Below, piece after piece: positions 18,833 to 27,693 of a stretch of 64,000 nt of DNA. The translations under genes and the position numbers were made by a program. Source of the stretch: a virus (Duplodnaviria > Caudoviricetes); IMG/VR virus record IMGVR_UViG_3300008740_000001, positions 139,860 through 203,859 of that record. One strand, given 5' to 3'. The notes beneath the pieces are model-generated. The model had not been told where the DNA came from. It searched no databases and saw nothing but the letters and a program-made list of their open reading frames with translations. Every line of letters starts with the position of its first letter. Position 1 is the first letter of the stretch.

Positions 18833-19785
18833 GGGTCTCCATGTCGCAACTGCAGAAGATTATTAAAGAAGAGCTTGACGAGGCCACCGCTCTGGGTACC
18901 TCTTGGGCGGACAAGATGGCTCGGGAGTATGGCGCATCGAGTCGCAAAGAAAAAGAGCGCGGCCGGAAGAGAAAAAAGGGCGACAAAGAAAAAGTCAAGG
19001 AAGAAGTCGAGGAACCGACCAGCTTTGCTCCAACAGCGGCAGAAGAGGCTCAAAAGATCAACGATCAAACTGGCTTGACTTATGTTACTGATCAATCGTA
19101 TTGGGAGAGCATGGGTGTGAAGACGGGTGAAGACTTGGCAAGAACGGTTTTGTTTCAAACATATTCAGATACATACAAAGAATTATACGGGCACCGGCCC
19201 AGAGGCATGCCGTGGAAAGAAATGACACCTCAAGAGATTCAAGACGCTCAGGCTGCACTTGACGATGAGTGGATGGAACATCGCCATCATGATGATCAAG
19301 CTTGGAAAGACGACGATCCCGAATATATTGCACGCGCCAAAGAAATAGAAGCAGAATACGAAGCAGAGAAAGAAGCAGCCGCCAGCGCCGCCGAAGAAGA
19401 GAGAATGAAAACTCCCGAACAAGGCGAAGAGTTTCCCAAACGCGCCGGGATGGGCAAAAGAATGAAGGAGACTAGCACAAGGAGAGGCACAGTGAAGATT
19501 ACAACAGCAAAGTTAGACGAGATTATCAAAGAAGAGACAGACTCGGCCATTAAAGAATGGGAAAATACCCGAGATTACCGCGAGGGCCTATATTCCGGCT
19601 TGGGCGAACCAGAACATGAAATGAGCGACGAGGGCAACAATGTATTTGTAACCTCTGGTGATACGCCACCAGAGAGAGAAGGTTACCTTGAAGCGCGCAT
19701 TATTGATGCGGTAACACTTTTGAAGCAGGGACACTCTGAAGAGGCGTTAGAAGAATTGATGAACGCCTTGACAACCAAGTTATAA
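18829..19785 (+). CDS. Putative virion internal protein
   Basis: MRVSMSQLQKIIKEE and internal VKITTAKLDEIIKEE. Confidence 0.6.
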   Translation: MRVSMSQLQKIIKEELDEATALGTSWADKMAREYGASSRKEKERGRKRKKGDKEKVKEEVEEPTSFAPTAAEEAQKINDQTGLTYVTDQSYWESMGVKTGEDLARTVLFQTYSDTYKELYGHRPRGMPWKEMTPQEIQDAQAALDDEWMEHRHHDDQAWKDDDPEYIARAKEIEAEYEAEKEAAASAAEEERMKTPEQGEEFPKRAGMGKRMKETSTRRGTVKITTAKLDEIIKEETDSAIKEWENTRDYREGLYSGLGEPEHEMSDEGNNVFVTSGDTPPEREGYLEARIIDAVTLLKQGHSEEALEELMNALTTKL

Positions 19786-19796
19786 TCTGTTATATT
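19768..19796 (+). promoter_or_regulatory. sigma70-type promoter (leaderless start at 19803)
   Basis: TTGACA-17-TATATT, 6 nt before the GTG. Confidence 0.7.
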
Positions 19797-19802
19797 ATAT
19801 AA

Positions 19803-20066
19803 GTGAAATACAAAGTAGGCGACATTGTACTAGTCGAGTCTTTTGCTGGGCCCCAAGTGCGTGTCCGACTAAAGACACGGATCATAAAGCCAAACAATGG
19901 CTGGGGTGCAGACGGCTGGGATGCTGTGATAATTTACAAGAAAGATGTAGACGCTCTCATTAGCAGTGGTGTGCCGTATAAGCGCGGCAGCAAACCCACT
20001 ACTTTTGTATTTGATGAAGACATCATCAAAAAGGTGATAAAAAAAAGACGCACAAAGCGTAAATAA
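19803..20066 (+). CDS. Small SH3/KOW-like family protein
   Basis: YKVGDIVLV N-terminus. Confidence 0.55.
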   Translation: MKYKVGDIVLVESFAGPQVRVRLKTRIIKPNNGWGADGWDAVIIYKKDVDALISSGVPYKRGSKPTTFVFDEDIIKKVIKKRRTKRK

Positions 20067-20069
20067 ATG

Positions 20070-20098
20070 TGGACAAACTACGATAAATGTAGTATATT
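20070..20098 (+). promoter_or_regulatory. sigma70-type promoter
   Basis: TGGACA-17-TATATT. Confidence 0.55.
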
Positions 20099-20120
20099 AA
20101 TAGAATAGCAAGGAGAAAAA

Positions 20121-20393
20121 ATGCTAAATCTAAATGATGACAAGAGGGCCAAGATTGTTGAATTCATTCGGTCACTTAAGGCTCTTGAAGATGCGATGGA
20201 ACCATATAAGGAACAGCGACGAGAATTGCGCTCTGAGTTTAAGCAACAGGGTTGGCTAAACGTTGATGAGCAGCGTCTGGCTGTAAAGGCTTACCGTCTC
20301 ATGCGCACTGACGTTAATTTGGACGACCTGTACGATGTCTATGAGACTCTTGTCAAGCCGCCCACTCTGCCTGCAGCGACGAGCGGAGAATAG
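20121..20393 (+). CDS. Small helical dsDNA-binding protein (T4 DsbA / GapR-like)
   Basis: IVEFIRSLKALED..EQRRELRSEFKQQG..LAVKAYRL coiled-coil pattern. Confidence 0.5.
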   Translation: MLNLNDDKRAKIVEFIRSLKALEDAMEPYKEQRRELRSEFKQQGWLNVDEQRLAVKAYRLMRTDVNLDDLYDVYETLVKPPTLPAATSGE

Positions 20394-20855
20394 ATGTTAC
20401 TTGAATACTACAAAGTCAGAGGGGATGCCGTATCTCCAACCCGCGCAAACCCCTCAGATGCAGGCTTAGATATTTATTTTTGCCCAGAAGATTCGATCCT
20501 TACTGGGAAGTGGCTTGAGCCCGGGGAATCTGGCCTTTTCCAGACCGGTCTCAAGTTTGGTGTGCCTCATGGATATATGCTAGAAGTAAAGAACCGATCA
20601 GGAAACGCTGCCAAGCGGCATCTTCTGGTCGGCGCATGCGTAATTGATTCTGGTTATGATGGTGAGGTGTTTGTTAACCTACACAACGTGGGCCATGACC
20701 GGCAGCTTATTGAGAAGAACATGAAGATTGCACAAGTAGTTCTTGTGCCCGTGGTCCATTTCCGGACAGCCGAGGTACAGCAGGATAGCCTGTATGCAGA
20801 TTATCCTATTACGATCAGCGGCCGAGGAGATGGGGCCTTGGGGAGCACCGGATGA
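20394..20855 (+). CDS. dut: Trimeric dUTPase
   Basis: AGLDIY, NRSG, VIDSGYDGE, KIAQ, RGDGALGSTG. Confidence 0.95.
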   Translation: MLLEYYKVRGDAVSPTRANPSDAGLDIYFCPEDSILTGKWLEPGESGLFQTGLKFGVPHGYMLEVKNRSGNAAKRHLLVGACVIDSGYDGEVFVNLHNVGHDRQLIEKNMKIAQVVLVPVVHFRTAEVQQDSLYADYPITISGRGDGALGSTG

Positions 20856-21343
20856 ACGATTCAACATTGAAATTGATGTTTTCGAGCAAAAAGGGCACAT
20901 GGTCGACTCCTCAAAAATTTTTCGACAAACTAAATTGGAGATTTGGGCCTTTTACATTGGATCCCTGCGCAGATTGCGTGAGTGCCAAGTGTGAACTTTA
21001 TTATACAGAAGCGGATGATGGGCTATCCAAGGACTGGGCGGGACACACAGTATATGTGAATCCGCCATATGGTCGTGGAATTGACAAGTGGATCAAGAAG
21101 GGCTTTGAAGAGGGCAAAAAGGATGACACAAGAGTTGTGATGTTGATTCCGGCCCGTACAGATACAAAATATTGGCACGATTATGTGATGAAAGCTGCAA
21201 GAGTCTACTTTGTGAAGGGTCGTCTTAAGTTCGGAGACAGCACTAACTGTGCTCCCTTCCCATCAGCAGTGGTAGTTTTTGATGGCTTGGCGAAGAAATA
21301 TGATTATGGACCCCTTCAGGTGTTTGCAGGGATGAATCGATAG
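20852..21343 (+). CDS. Phage N6-adenine DNA methyltransferase
   Basis: WSTPQ, LDPC, NPPYG, LIPARTDT, GRLKF, APFPS. Confidence 0.9.
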   Translation: MNDSTLKLMFSSKKGTWSTPQKFFDKLNWRFGPFTLDPCADCVSAKCELYYTEADDGLSKDWAGHTVYVNPPYGRGIDKWIKKGFEEGKKDDTRVVMLIPARTDTKYWHDYVMKAARVYFVKGRLKFGDSTNCAPFPSAVVVFDGLAKKYDYGPLQVFAGMNR

Positions 21344-21352
21344 AGGTAAAAG

Positions 21353-21580
21353 ATGACATTAGAAGAAAAAATGATTAACAGCTTGTTGGCTCGATACCAA
21401 GCACAGAAGCAAGAAGCGGCAGCAATGATAGAGCTTTACATCAAGAAAGCAGTTGGTGTTGGGGAGCATTCTCAAATTCTCGATGAAATTGATAAGTGGG
21501 TTGCTCTTGCTACTGAGGCGGACGATAAGCACGAAACGTTGTTATCGATGATAAACGTGGAAATTGTTGATGAACCGTAA
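21353..21580 (+). CDS. Conserved phage hypothetical protein
   Basis: AVGVGEHSQIL motif; GAGG RBS. Confidence 0.55.
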   Translation: MTLEEKMINSLLARYQAQKQEAAAMIELYIKKAVGVGEHSQILDEIDKWVALATEADDKHETLLSMINVEIVDEP

Positions 21581-21857
21581 AGACCGAAGAGCCCAGTCAG
21601 CCAAATACAGAAAAACAGTAAAGAAGGCCAAGGGCGCCGAGACACCAATCGGTGCCAAGATGTTGCTTTTCGGCCTTATTCCCGAAGAGTGCACTGCCTG
21701 CAGCGCGGCATTTGACAAAACAGATCGAGAAATGGTCATGTCGTGGAACGTCGTTGTGCGCGAAGAAGAAGAAAAAGTAAACTTATATTGCCCACCTTGC
21801 TGGCAGCAGGCGTTGGACGTTATTAATGGATTTTACGATAGAGTAGAGGAAGAATGA
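21564..21857 (+). CDS. Zinc-finger-like protein
   Basis: CTAC...YCPPC. Confidence 0.55.
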   Translation: MLMNRKDRRAQSAKYRKTVKKAKGAETPIGAKMLLFGLIPEECTACSAAFDKTDREMVMSWNVVVREEEEKVNLYCPPCWQQALDVINGFYDRVEEE

Positions 21858-22882
21858 AGCAGGCTCTCTCATATGACGATATCTTATTGGTTCCGCATTA
21901 TAGCGACATTTCAAGCCGGAAGATGATCGACATCTCAAACTCCCTAGACAAAAGCTTAAAACTAGAACTACCAGTGATTGCTAGCCCAATGGACACGGTG
22001 AGTAGTTTTGAAATGGCCACCGCTATCACGAAATTTGGCGGAGCAGCCATTATTCACAGATATATGGATGCCTTGGAACAGGTTAGAATTGTTGGAGATT
22101 TAAAAAATCAATTCGGCTCTATCGTTGGTGCCGCAATCGGCACCGGTTCTGATGCGAAACTCCGATCCCAGATGCTAGCCGCCGTTGGCGTGGATATCTT
22201 GTGCATCGATGTTGCGCACGGCCATCACGCACTGGTAGAGGAGACAATCAAGGAAATTAGGCAGATCCCGTCTGTTTCCAACATACACATTATGGCTGGA
22301 AACGTGGCCACCCCCCAAGGCGTAGCAGATTTACACGCATGGGGGGCCGACTCTATCCGCGTCGGCATTGGCGGCGGCTCGATTTGTTCAACTAGGCTTC
22401 AAACGGGCCATGGTATACCAACGTTGCAGTCTATTATGGATTGCGCCGCAGTTGCCGATGACCTCGGTGCGAAGCTAATTGCTGATGGTGGTATCAGAAA
22501 TTCGGGTGATATAGTAAAGTCCTATGCAGCCGGCGCCGACTTTGTTATGATTGGTTCGTTACTGGCTGGCACCACGGAAGCACCGGGCAAAATCATAACG
22601 ATGAACGGAAATAAATACAAAGAGTATAGAGGAATGGCGTCAGCCGAAGCACAGATGGATTGGCGTGGCCGAACCGCCTCTTTAGAGGGCGTCTCTACGA
22701 TGATACCATATAGGGGCTCCGTCGAGCCAATCTTGGAACAAATCGAAAACGGCATACGAAGCGGCTTTTCTTATTCAGGTGCCAGAACGTTCTCAGAATT
22801 TCAAAACGCCAGCACCATGATCCGCCAAACTTCAGCCGGCCAGTTGGAGAGTTCAACGCACATCCGAGTGCGATATGGATAA
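21854..22882 (+). CDS. IMP dehydrogenase / GMP reductase (no CBS domains)
   Basis: ASPMDTV, IDVAHGH, AGNVAT, RVGIGGGSICSTR, ADGGIR, YRGMAS. Confidence 0.92.
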   Translation: MKQALSYDDILLVPHYSDISSRKMIDISNSLDKSLKLELPVIASPMDTVSSFEMATAITKFGGAAIIHRYMDALEQVRIVGDLKNQFGSIVGAAIGTGSDAKLRSQMLAAVGVDILCIDVAHGHHALVEETIKEIRQIPSVSNIHIMAGNVATPQGVADLHAWGADSIRVGIGGGSICSTRLQTGHGIPTLQSIMDCAAVADDLGAKLIADGGIRNSGDIVKSYAAGADFVMIGSLLAGTTEAPGKIITMNGNKYKEYRGMASAEAQMDWRGRTASLEGVSTMIPYRGSVEPILEQIENGIRSGFSYSGARTFSEFQNASTMIRQTSAGQLESSTHIRVRYG

Positions 22883-23201
22883 TGTTAAAAACGAAAAAAA
22901 GATCATTTTTTATGATACAGAGAAAAGACACGCAAACTTAAAAGTGAGGTTGCAGCATGATAGTCTTTCCCAATCTGCTTTCTTCAGGATGATGATCACT
23001 GGATATTTAGAAAACAATGCAGGCATTTTAGAATATATGGATGAATACAAGGCAAATAACAATGTTCAGTCGAAGGCTCACCGAAAGGCGTCTAAGAAGA
23101 ACATAGAGGCTGGCAAGGTATTAGAAAATGCTTTGGGCCTAGGTAACGAAGAAGTAGAGAACATATTTGATTTAATTGAACAGGAGCATCCGGAATTATG
23201 A
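22875..23201 (+). CDS. Hypothetical protein (possibly ribbon-helix-helix-like)
   Basis: IIFY...SQSAFFRMMI; translationally coupled. Confidence 0.5.
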   Translation: MDNVKNEKKIIFYDTEKRHANLKVRLQHDSLSQSAFFRMMITGYLENNAGILEYMDEYKANNNVQSKAHRKASKKNIEAGKVLENALGLGNEEVENIFDLIEQEHPEL

Positions 23202-23476
23202 AAACAATAAAAAACAATATCGGAAGAGTAGTTTTACAAAACAAGGACGGGGTAACCAGATATGGCGTAATTACATTTCAGAGAATGCGTGAAGATTGGA
23301 TGTACTATACCGTTTACTGGATTAGCAGTGTACCGTCTGATTCACCATGGATCTCACAAATTGAGTGGCGATGCGATAAGGTCAAGATCATTGATGAGAA
23401 AACTCATCTAGCTGATCTACAGAGTGCCATCAACTTTCGTAATTCGCGCAAATTCAAGGAGGCGATGATGCCATGA
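23198..23476 (+). CDS. Hypothetical SH3-like protein
   Basis: IGRVV..YGVI..VYW pattern. Confidence 0.5.
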   Translation: MKTIKNNIGRVVLQNKDGVTRYGVITFQRMREDWMYYTVYWISSVPSDSPWISQIEWRCDKVKIIDEKTHLADLQSAINFRNSRKFKEAMMP

Positions 23477-23733
23477 AGAAACGACAAAATGCGGCGCCCT
23501 GCGGTGCGTGGATGAAGCTGATAGAGTGTGATAAGATATGCCACAAGGAAGACTGCCGATTATGGCAGAATTATCCAGAAGACAGAAACTGCACTAATGT
23601 GACGGTTTACGAGCACGGACCATTAACTTTGGCAGAAACAGCAAAAAGGGTTGGGTTGTCACTATCTAGAATTAAACAGATTGAACAAAAGGCCTTGGAG
23701 AAGTTGAAGAAAAATAAGAATTTCGATTTTTAG
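23473..23733 (+). CDS. Stand-alone sigma70 region-4-like HTH protein with Cys-rich N-terminus
   Basis: LTLAETAKRVGLSLSRIKQIEQKALEKLK matches sigma 4.2 (TL.E.G....SRERVRQIE.KAL.KL); five Cys upstream. Confidence 0.7.
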   Translation: MKKRQNAAPCGAWMKLIECDKICHKEDCRLWQNYPEDRNCTNVTVYEHGPLTLAETAKRVGLSLSRIKQIEQKALEKLKKNKNFDF

Positions 23734-23846
23734 ACCACATTAAAGCATTTAAAAAAAGTGGATACTATTTATTAATGTTGATTTTGGTACAAAACCAAAA
23801 ATGATTTAATTCATCAATTTTTTAAAATATGGGAGATTTGTAAAAG

Positions 23847-24449
23847 ATGAGCAAAAAGACACTTTTAAATGAAACACAGGTTAGGCGCTTCATGAAGTTG
23901 GCCAATGTTGGCACACTGTCAGACGGTTTCGTCGACGGACTTGAAGAGGCAGGATATTTTAGACCGGTAGCTGAGCAAGGCGAGGATGAGTTGGGCGAAC
24001 TGCCCGGCGACGAGGGTCCTGTTGAGGACGAAGTTGCCCTCGATGCGGAAGTTCCGGTTGAAGATGAGTTGGGCGACGATCTTGGAGGCGAAGAGGATCT
24101 TGGGCTGGACGATGCAGCCGGCGGAGCCGAGTTACCTCCCGAAGTTGTTGCACAAGTTGAGGACGCCCTTGCTAGCGCTTTAGGCGCAATGGAGCAAGAG
24201 CTTGAAGCCGCAATCCCCGAGTTGGACCTTTCGGTTGAGAGGGAAGGCGAAGAGGAATTGGGCGGCGAGGAAGACCTAGGTGGTGACGAAGAGTTGGCAG
24301 ACCTAGGCGGTGAAGAAGAGTTGGCCCCCGAGGATGACCTTGGTGGCGATGACTTAGGTGGCGACGAAGAGTTGGCCCCCGAAGATGAGCTTGTCGAGCG
24401 TATTGCTCGTAAGGTTGCCCTTAGATTGCGTAACGCAGTCAAAAAGTGA
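23847..24449 (+). CDS. Highly acidic putative scaffold/core protein
   Basis: LLNETQVRRFMKLA N-terminus, (E/D)LGG(D/E)E repeats, amphipathic C-terminal helix. Confidence 0.6.
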   Translation: MSKKTLLNETQVRRFMKLANVGTLSDGFVDGLEEAGYFRPVAEQGEDELGELPGDEGPVEDEVALDAEVPVEDELGDDLGGEEDLGLDDAAGGAELPPEVVAQVEDALASALGAMEQELEAAIPELDLSVEREGEEELGGEEDLGGDEELADLGGEEELAPEDDLGGDDLGGDEELAPEDELVERIARKVALRLRNAVKK

Positions 24450-24478
24450 TTTAATCCCTCCCATATGTGACCTGCTCC

Positions 24479-24506
24479 AAAGGCCGCTTCTGCGGCCTTT
24501 GTTTTT
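24479..24506 (+). terminator. Intrinsic terminator
   Basis: AAAGGCCGC-TTCT-GCGGCCTTT followed by GTTTTT. Confidence 0.8.
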
Positions 24507-24565
24507 ATGTGTGAAAACTTTTCTAAAAACTAGTTATAATATACAGACATTTATAAATAAGCGAG

Positions 24566-25240
24566 GTGTATATGAATGGAAAAAAGCCACATTTTGAAGA
24601 GGAATCTTCGGATAAAAACGAGGCTGAAAACAGCAAGATAATCGTTTTAGCCCAGCGTCCACCCTCAGACAATGCGACCTCTCGCAAGGTCAGGCTTTTC
24701 GGAGAAGTGACAGAAGAGAAGTCTGAAGAACTAATTGGCGAAATGTTGTCAATGGCAGATGAAGCCGAAGAGATGGTGCCTAAAAATCCTGAAGATCCAG
24801 AATGCAAAGAAACAGAACGAGTGGTTCACGGGATTGACTTTTTAATTTCAACATACGGCGGCAACGCGGATGACATGTTTGGTATTTATGATATGATGAA
24901 ACACGTTCAGCAGCAGTGCCCTATTTCTACGTATGGAATTGGTAAAGTTATGTCCGCAGGAGTGCTCTTGTTAGCCGCCGGAACGAAGGGAGAACGCAGA
25001 ATTGGAAAAAATTGTAGAGTGATGTTGCATCATGTGGCCGGAGGCCTTGAGGGTTCTTTACCTTCGATGGAGACAGACCTCGAATCTTTGAAGGTTATGG
25101 AAAAAAGATATTTGGAAATTATGGTTGAGGAAACCAAGTTTACAAAAAGATCGCTACAAAAACTGCTAGATAAGAAAGTAAACGTCTATTTAAATGCAGA
25201 GGAAGCGATTAAGCAAGGTATCGCGGATAAGTATATTTAA
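24566..25240 (+). CDS. clpP: ClpP-family protease subunit 2
   Basis: ISTYGG, GKVMSAG (Ser), MLHHV (His); Asp position reads VNVYLNAEEA. Confidence 0.85.
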   Translation: MYMNGKKPHFEEESSDKNEAENSKIIVLAQRPPSDNATSRKVRLFGEVTEEKSEELIGEMLSMADEAEEMVPKNPEDPECKETERVVHGIDFLISTYGGNADDMFGIYDMMKHVQQQCPISTYGIGKVMSAGVLLLAAGTKGERRIGKNCRVMLHHVAGGLEGSLPSMETDLESLKVMEKRYLEIMVEETKFTKRSLQKLLDKKVNVYLNAEEAIKQGIADKYI

Positions 25241-25254
25241 GAGAGAAACAGAAC

Positions 25255-25878
25255 ATGGCTAAAATAAGAGGTTTCCATGCGGAACTTATAAAAGAAAGGT
25301 ATCGTAAAATTTTAGAGAAAAAGGGCTATAAGTTCTTTGACAAGAATTTGCCGTACAATGTCAACATAATAGGCGTTCGAAATTCTGATGGAAAGGCGAA
25401 CGTGTTTGATGATATGATTTTGGTAATTTATCGTGACAGCTATAAGAGGTGGCTTGTCGAGACCTATCAGATTACAACCGATCCCGGCCTTTATTATTTA
25501 AAAAAGCCAATGAATGTTAACGGCACAGCAATCTTGTGCCCAGACCAGTATCGCAGCGCATATCAGATTGACAAGCATCGCGGTAAATATGACGCACTTT
25601 GCCAGCGCGGCGCAGAGGTTACTGTTTGGCGCGACACTAACCGGGATTCCAAGCATGATATGATCGACGAAAGTAAGATCACTGGCTGGTTTGGTATCAA
25701 TATCCACAAGGCCGGCAAAGAATCGACTCGTGTTGATAAATGGTCCGCCGGCTGTCAGGTTTTCAAAAACGATAGTGATTTCAAACAGTTCATGTCGGTA
25801 ATGCACGAAGCAGCCAAGCGGCTAGGAAATGGATTCACTTATACATTGATCGAAAGTGACGATCTAGAAGAGGATTAA
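25255..25878 (+). CDS. YkuD/L,D-transpeptidase-like protein (peptidoglycan hydrolase candidate)
   Basis: TTDPG, GINIHKAG...WSAGCQV (His...SxGC). Confidence 0.55.
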   Translation: MAKIRGFHAELIKERYRKILEKKGYKFFDKNLPYNVNIIGVRNSDGKANVFDDMILVIYRDSYKRWLVETYQITTDPGLYYLKKPMNVNGTAILCPDQYRSAYQIDKHRGKYDALCQRGAEVTVWRDTNRDSKHDMIDESKITGWFGINIHKAGKESTRVDKWSAGCQVFKNDSDFKQFMSVMHEAAKRLGNGFTYTLIESDDLEED

Positions 25879-25879
25879 A

Positions 25880-27559
25880 ATGTCAGATTTTGACAAACTA
25901 GTAGAAAGTTTTTTAAAGCCACGAAGCACATTAGACTTTGGAACTTTAACATCGTTAGTAGAGGAGGTCCTTGACGAATGGCCATTACGGCAATTAAACG
26001 AAGAGGACATACCAGATGGGTCTTCCGGTGGGCGCTTCAGTGTGCACATCCCCATCCCCAAATTAGTCCCCACGGAAGCGTGGGGAGATCCCAGTTCGAT
26101 GGCTCGCCAAGATATCGACAAGGTTTTCTCGGCAATTCGCCGTCAGGGATCGATTAAGGATCGCATTGCACATGTTAATTCTTTTCTAGATCCCGAACAG
26201 GCCCTAAAGAAAGCCCCCGGTGGAAAAGTAAACACCCTGCTTAGCATGATGCAGATCATTGAGTCTTTGCAAGCTACACTAAATGACTTCAACGAATCCT
26301 CTGCTGGGTTCGTTTTTGAAGGTTTTATGGCTGCGCTGACACAGGGCCGACAGGAGGCCGGCCGCGTCGGCGGCACCCTGCCAATTGAAGATTTCATTAC
26401 CAGTGATAACCGAAATGTAAGTTTGAAGCTGCTGAGTCCTAAGACTGCAATTCATGGCAGCTTTACCAACTTAGTTGACTATCTTTTTATTCGTGGAGGA
26501 TCGGGGGTTGATTCTATTGACTATCTGGTTGCCTACAAAGATAAGGAGGGAGATGATGTTTCACGTCTAGGAATTTGGGAATTTAAAATCAATCGTAAAA
26601 ACCTCGTACCCATGCTGTCCAATTCAGGTAAGAAGAATGAAGGATTGCTGGGCGATCAGGCCGAAGCCTTGAAGACACACATCGCCAACTGGCAGGACTC
26701 TCCAGAGTGGCGCGTCGGCATGGCCAATATTCTGGAACAGACCCCGGGCTATACATGGCAACGAGGCATGTTCAACAAGAACCTTGACTCTGCAGGAGCA
26801 TTCGACGCCGGCGAGTCAGTTGAGGTTGGCGATGAAGAAGCTGATGACAAGATCAGTCCGTTCGATGCTATGGTCGGACGCGGTGAAACAACTTTAAAAA
26901 TAAGACAGTTAGCAAACACAGCAGGCTTTGAACATTCTAGAGAAAACGGTCCAGATTTCGATGCATGGTGGGCAAGCATACCCTATGAAGAGAAATTGAA
27001 TGCAGGTTTCGCGTCAAAGAGCACTAAGATGACCGACGCTGCCCGCGCAAGGTCGGATAAGAAGTATGGCGAGAGGCTACGCCCGGACTTCGATAGGGGG
27101 GTCAAGAAGGCAGAGGATACAATGGCTGGTAACGACGAAATGGAGCAGGCGCCAGTTAGCGAATCTTATTTTGGCGAATTTCATGAAAGAGAAAAGCGGC
27201 TGATGGCTGAAGAGAACGCTTTGATGGAAAGCAACAAGGATGGCACCGAGGCCGGTTCACAGTGGGGCTTGTCTGGCACTCACATTGTTTCATTATCGTC
27301 CGTACTAGAAACAGATTTTTACGGGCAACTCAATTTGTCTAGCAAGAATATCGAAGCAGTTGCTAAGATCTACATTGAAAAGCTCGGCAAAGACATGATT
27401 ACTTTGTTACAGACAACCAAGGAATTTGCAGAGAACATCGGAGTTTACTTTACAGCAGAAGACCGCACAAGGGGCGCGGAAGCTAGTCGCCAAGCGCAGG
27501 ACCAAGGTACCGCGATTGTTACGGCCCTCGCACAACGCCCAGAAGAAGACTCGGAATAA
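25880..27559 (+). CDS. Putative virion protein with restriction-endonuclease-like segment
   Basis: GFVFEGFMAAL...IEDF...VSLKLL; N-terminal LVE/LNEE motifs. Confidence 0.55.
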   Translation: MSDFDKLVESFLKPRSTLDFGTLTSLVEEVLDEWPLRQLNEEDIPDGSSGGRFSVHIPIPKLVPTEAWGDPSSMARQDIDKVFSAIRRQGSIKDRIAHVNSFLDPEQALKKAPGGKVNTLLSMMQIIESLQATLNDFNESSAGFVFEGFMAALTQGRQEAGRVGGTLPIEDFITSDNRNVSLKLLSPKTAIHGSFTNLVDYLFIRGGSGVDSIDYLVAYKDKEGDDVSRLGIWEFKINRKNLVPMLSNSGKKNEGLLGDQAEALKTHIANWQDSPEWRVGMANILEQTPGYTWQRGMFNKNLDSAGAFDAGESVEVGDEEADDKISPFDAMVGRGETTLKIRQLANTAGFEHSRENGPDFDAWWASIPYEEKLNAGFASKSTKMTDAARARSDKKYGERLRPDFDRGVKKAEDTMAGNDEMEQAPVSESYFGEFHEREKRLMAEENALMESNKDGTEAGSQWGLSGTHIVSLSSVLETDFYGQLNLSSKNIEAVAKIYIEKLGKDMITLLQTTKEFAENIGVYFTAEDRTRGAEASRQAQDQGTAIVTALAQRPEEDSE

Positions 27560-27643
27560 TTTTAATAAACTTAGTTGCAAGTCATACAATACTAGGTTAT
27601 AATAAAAGCAGACACTTCAAGTGATTAAAACAATAAAAAATAC

Positions 27644-27672
27644 TTGAAAGTCGACTGATAACGTGTTATATT
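27644..27672 (+). promoter_or_regulatory. sigma70-type promoter for groEL
   Basis: TTGAAA-17-TATATT. Confidence 0.6.
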
Positions 27673-27693
27673 AAATTAAACTCGGAGGACTGA

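Noticed and set aside
24240-24390. Tandem GGCGGCGA(C/G)GAAGA repeats as a non-coding repeat element
   Set aside because: They are explained by the (E/D)LGG(D/E)E low-complexity repeats of the acidic protein 23847-24449.
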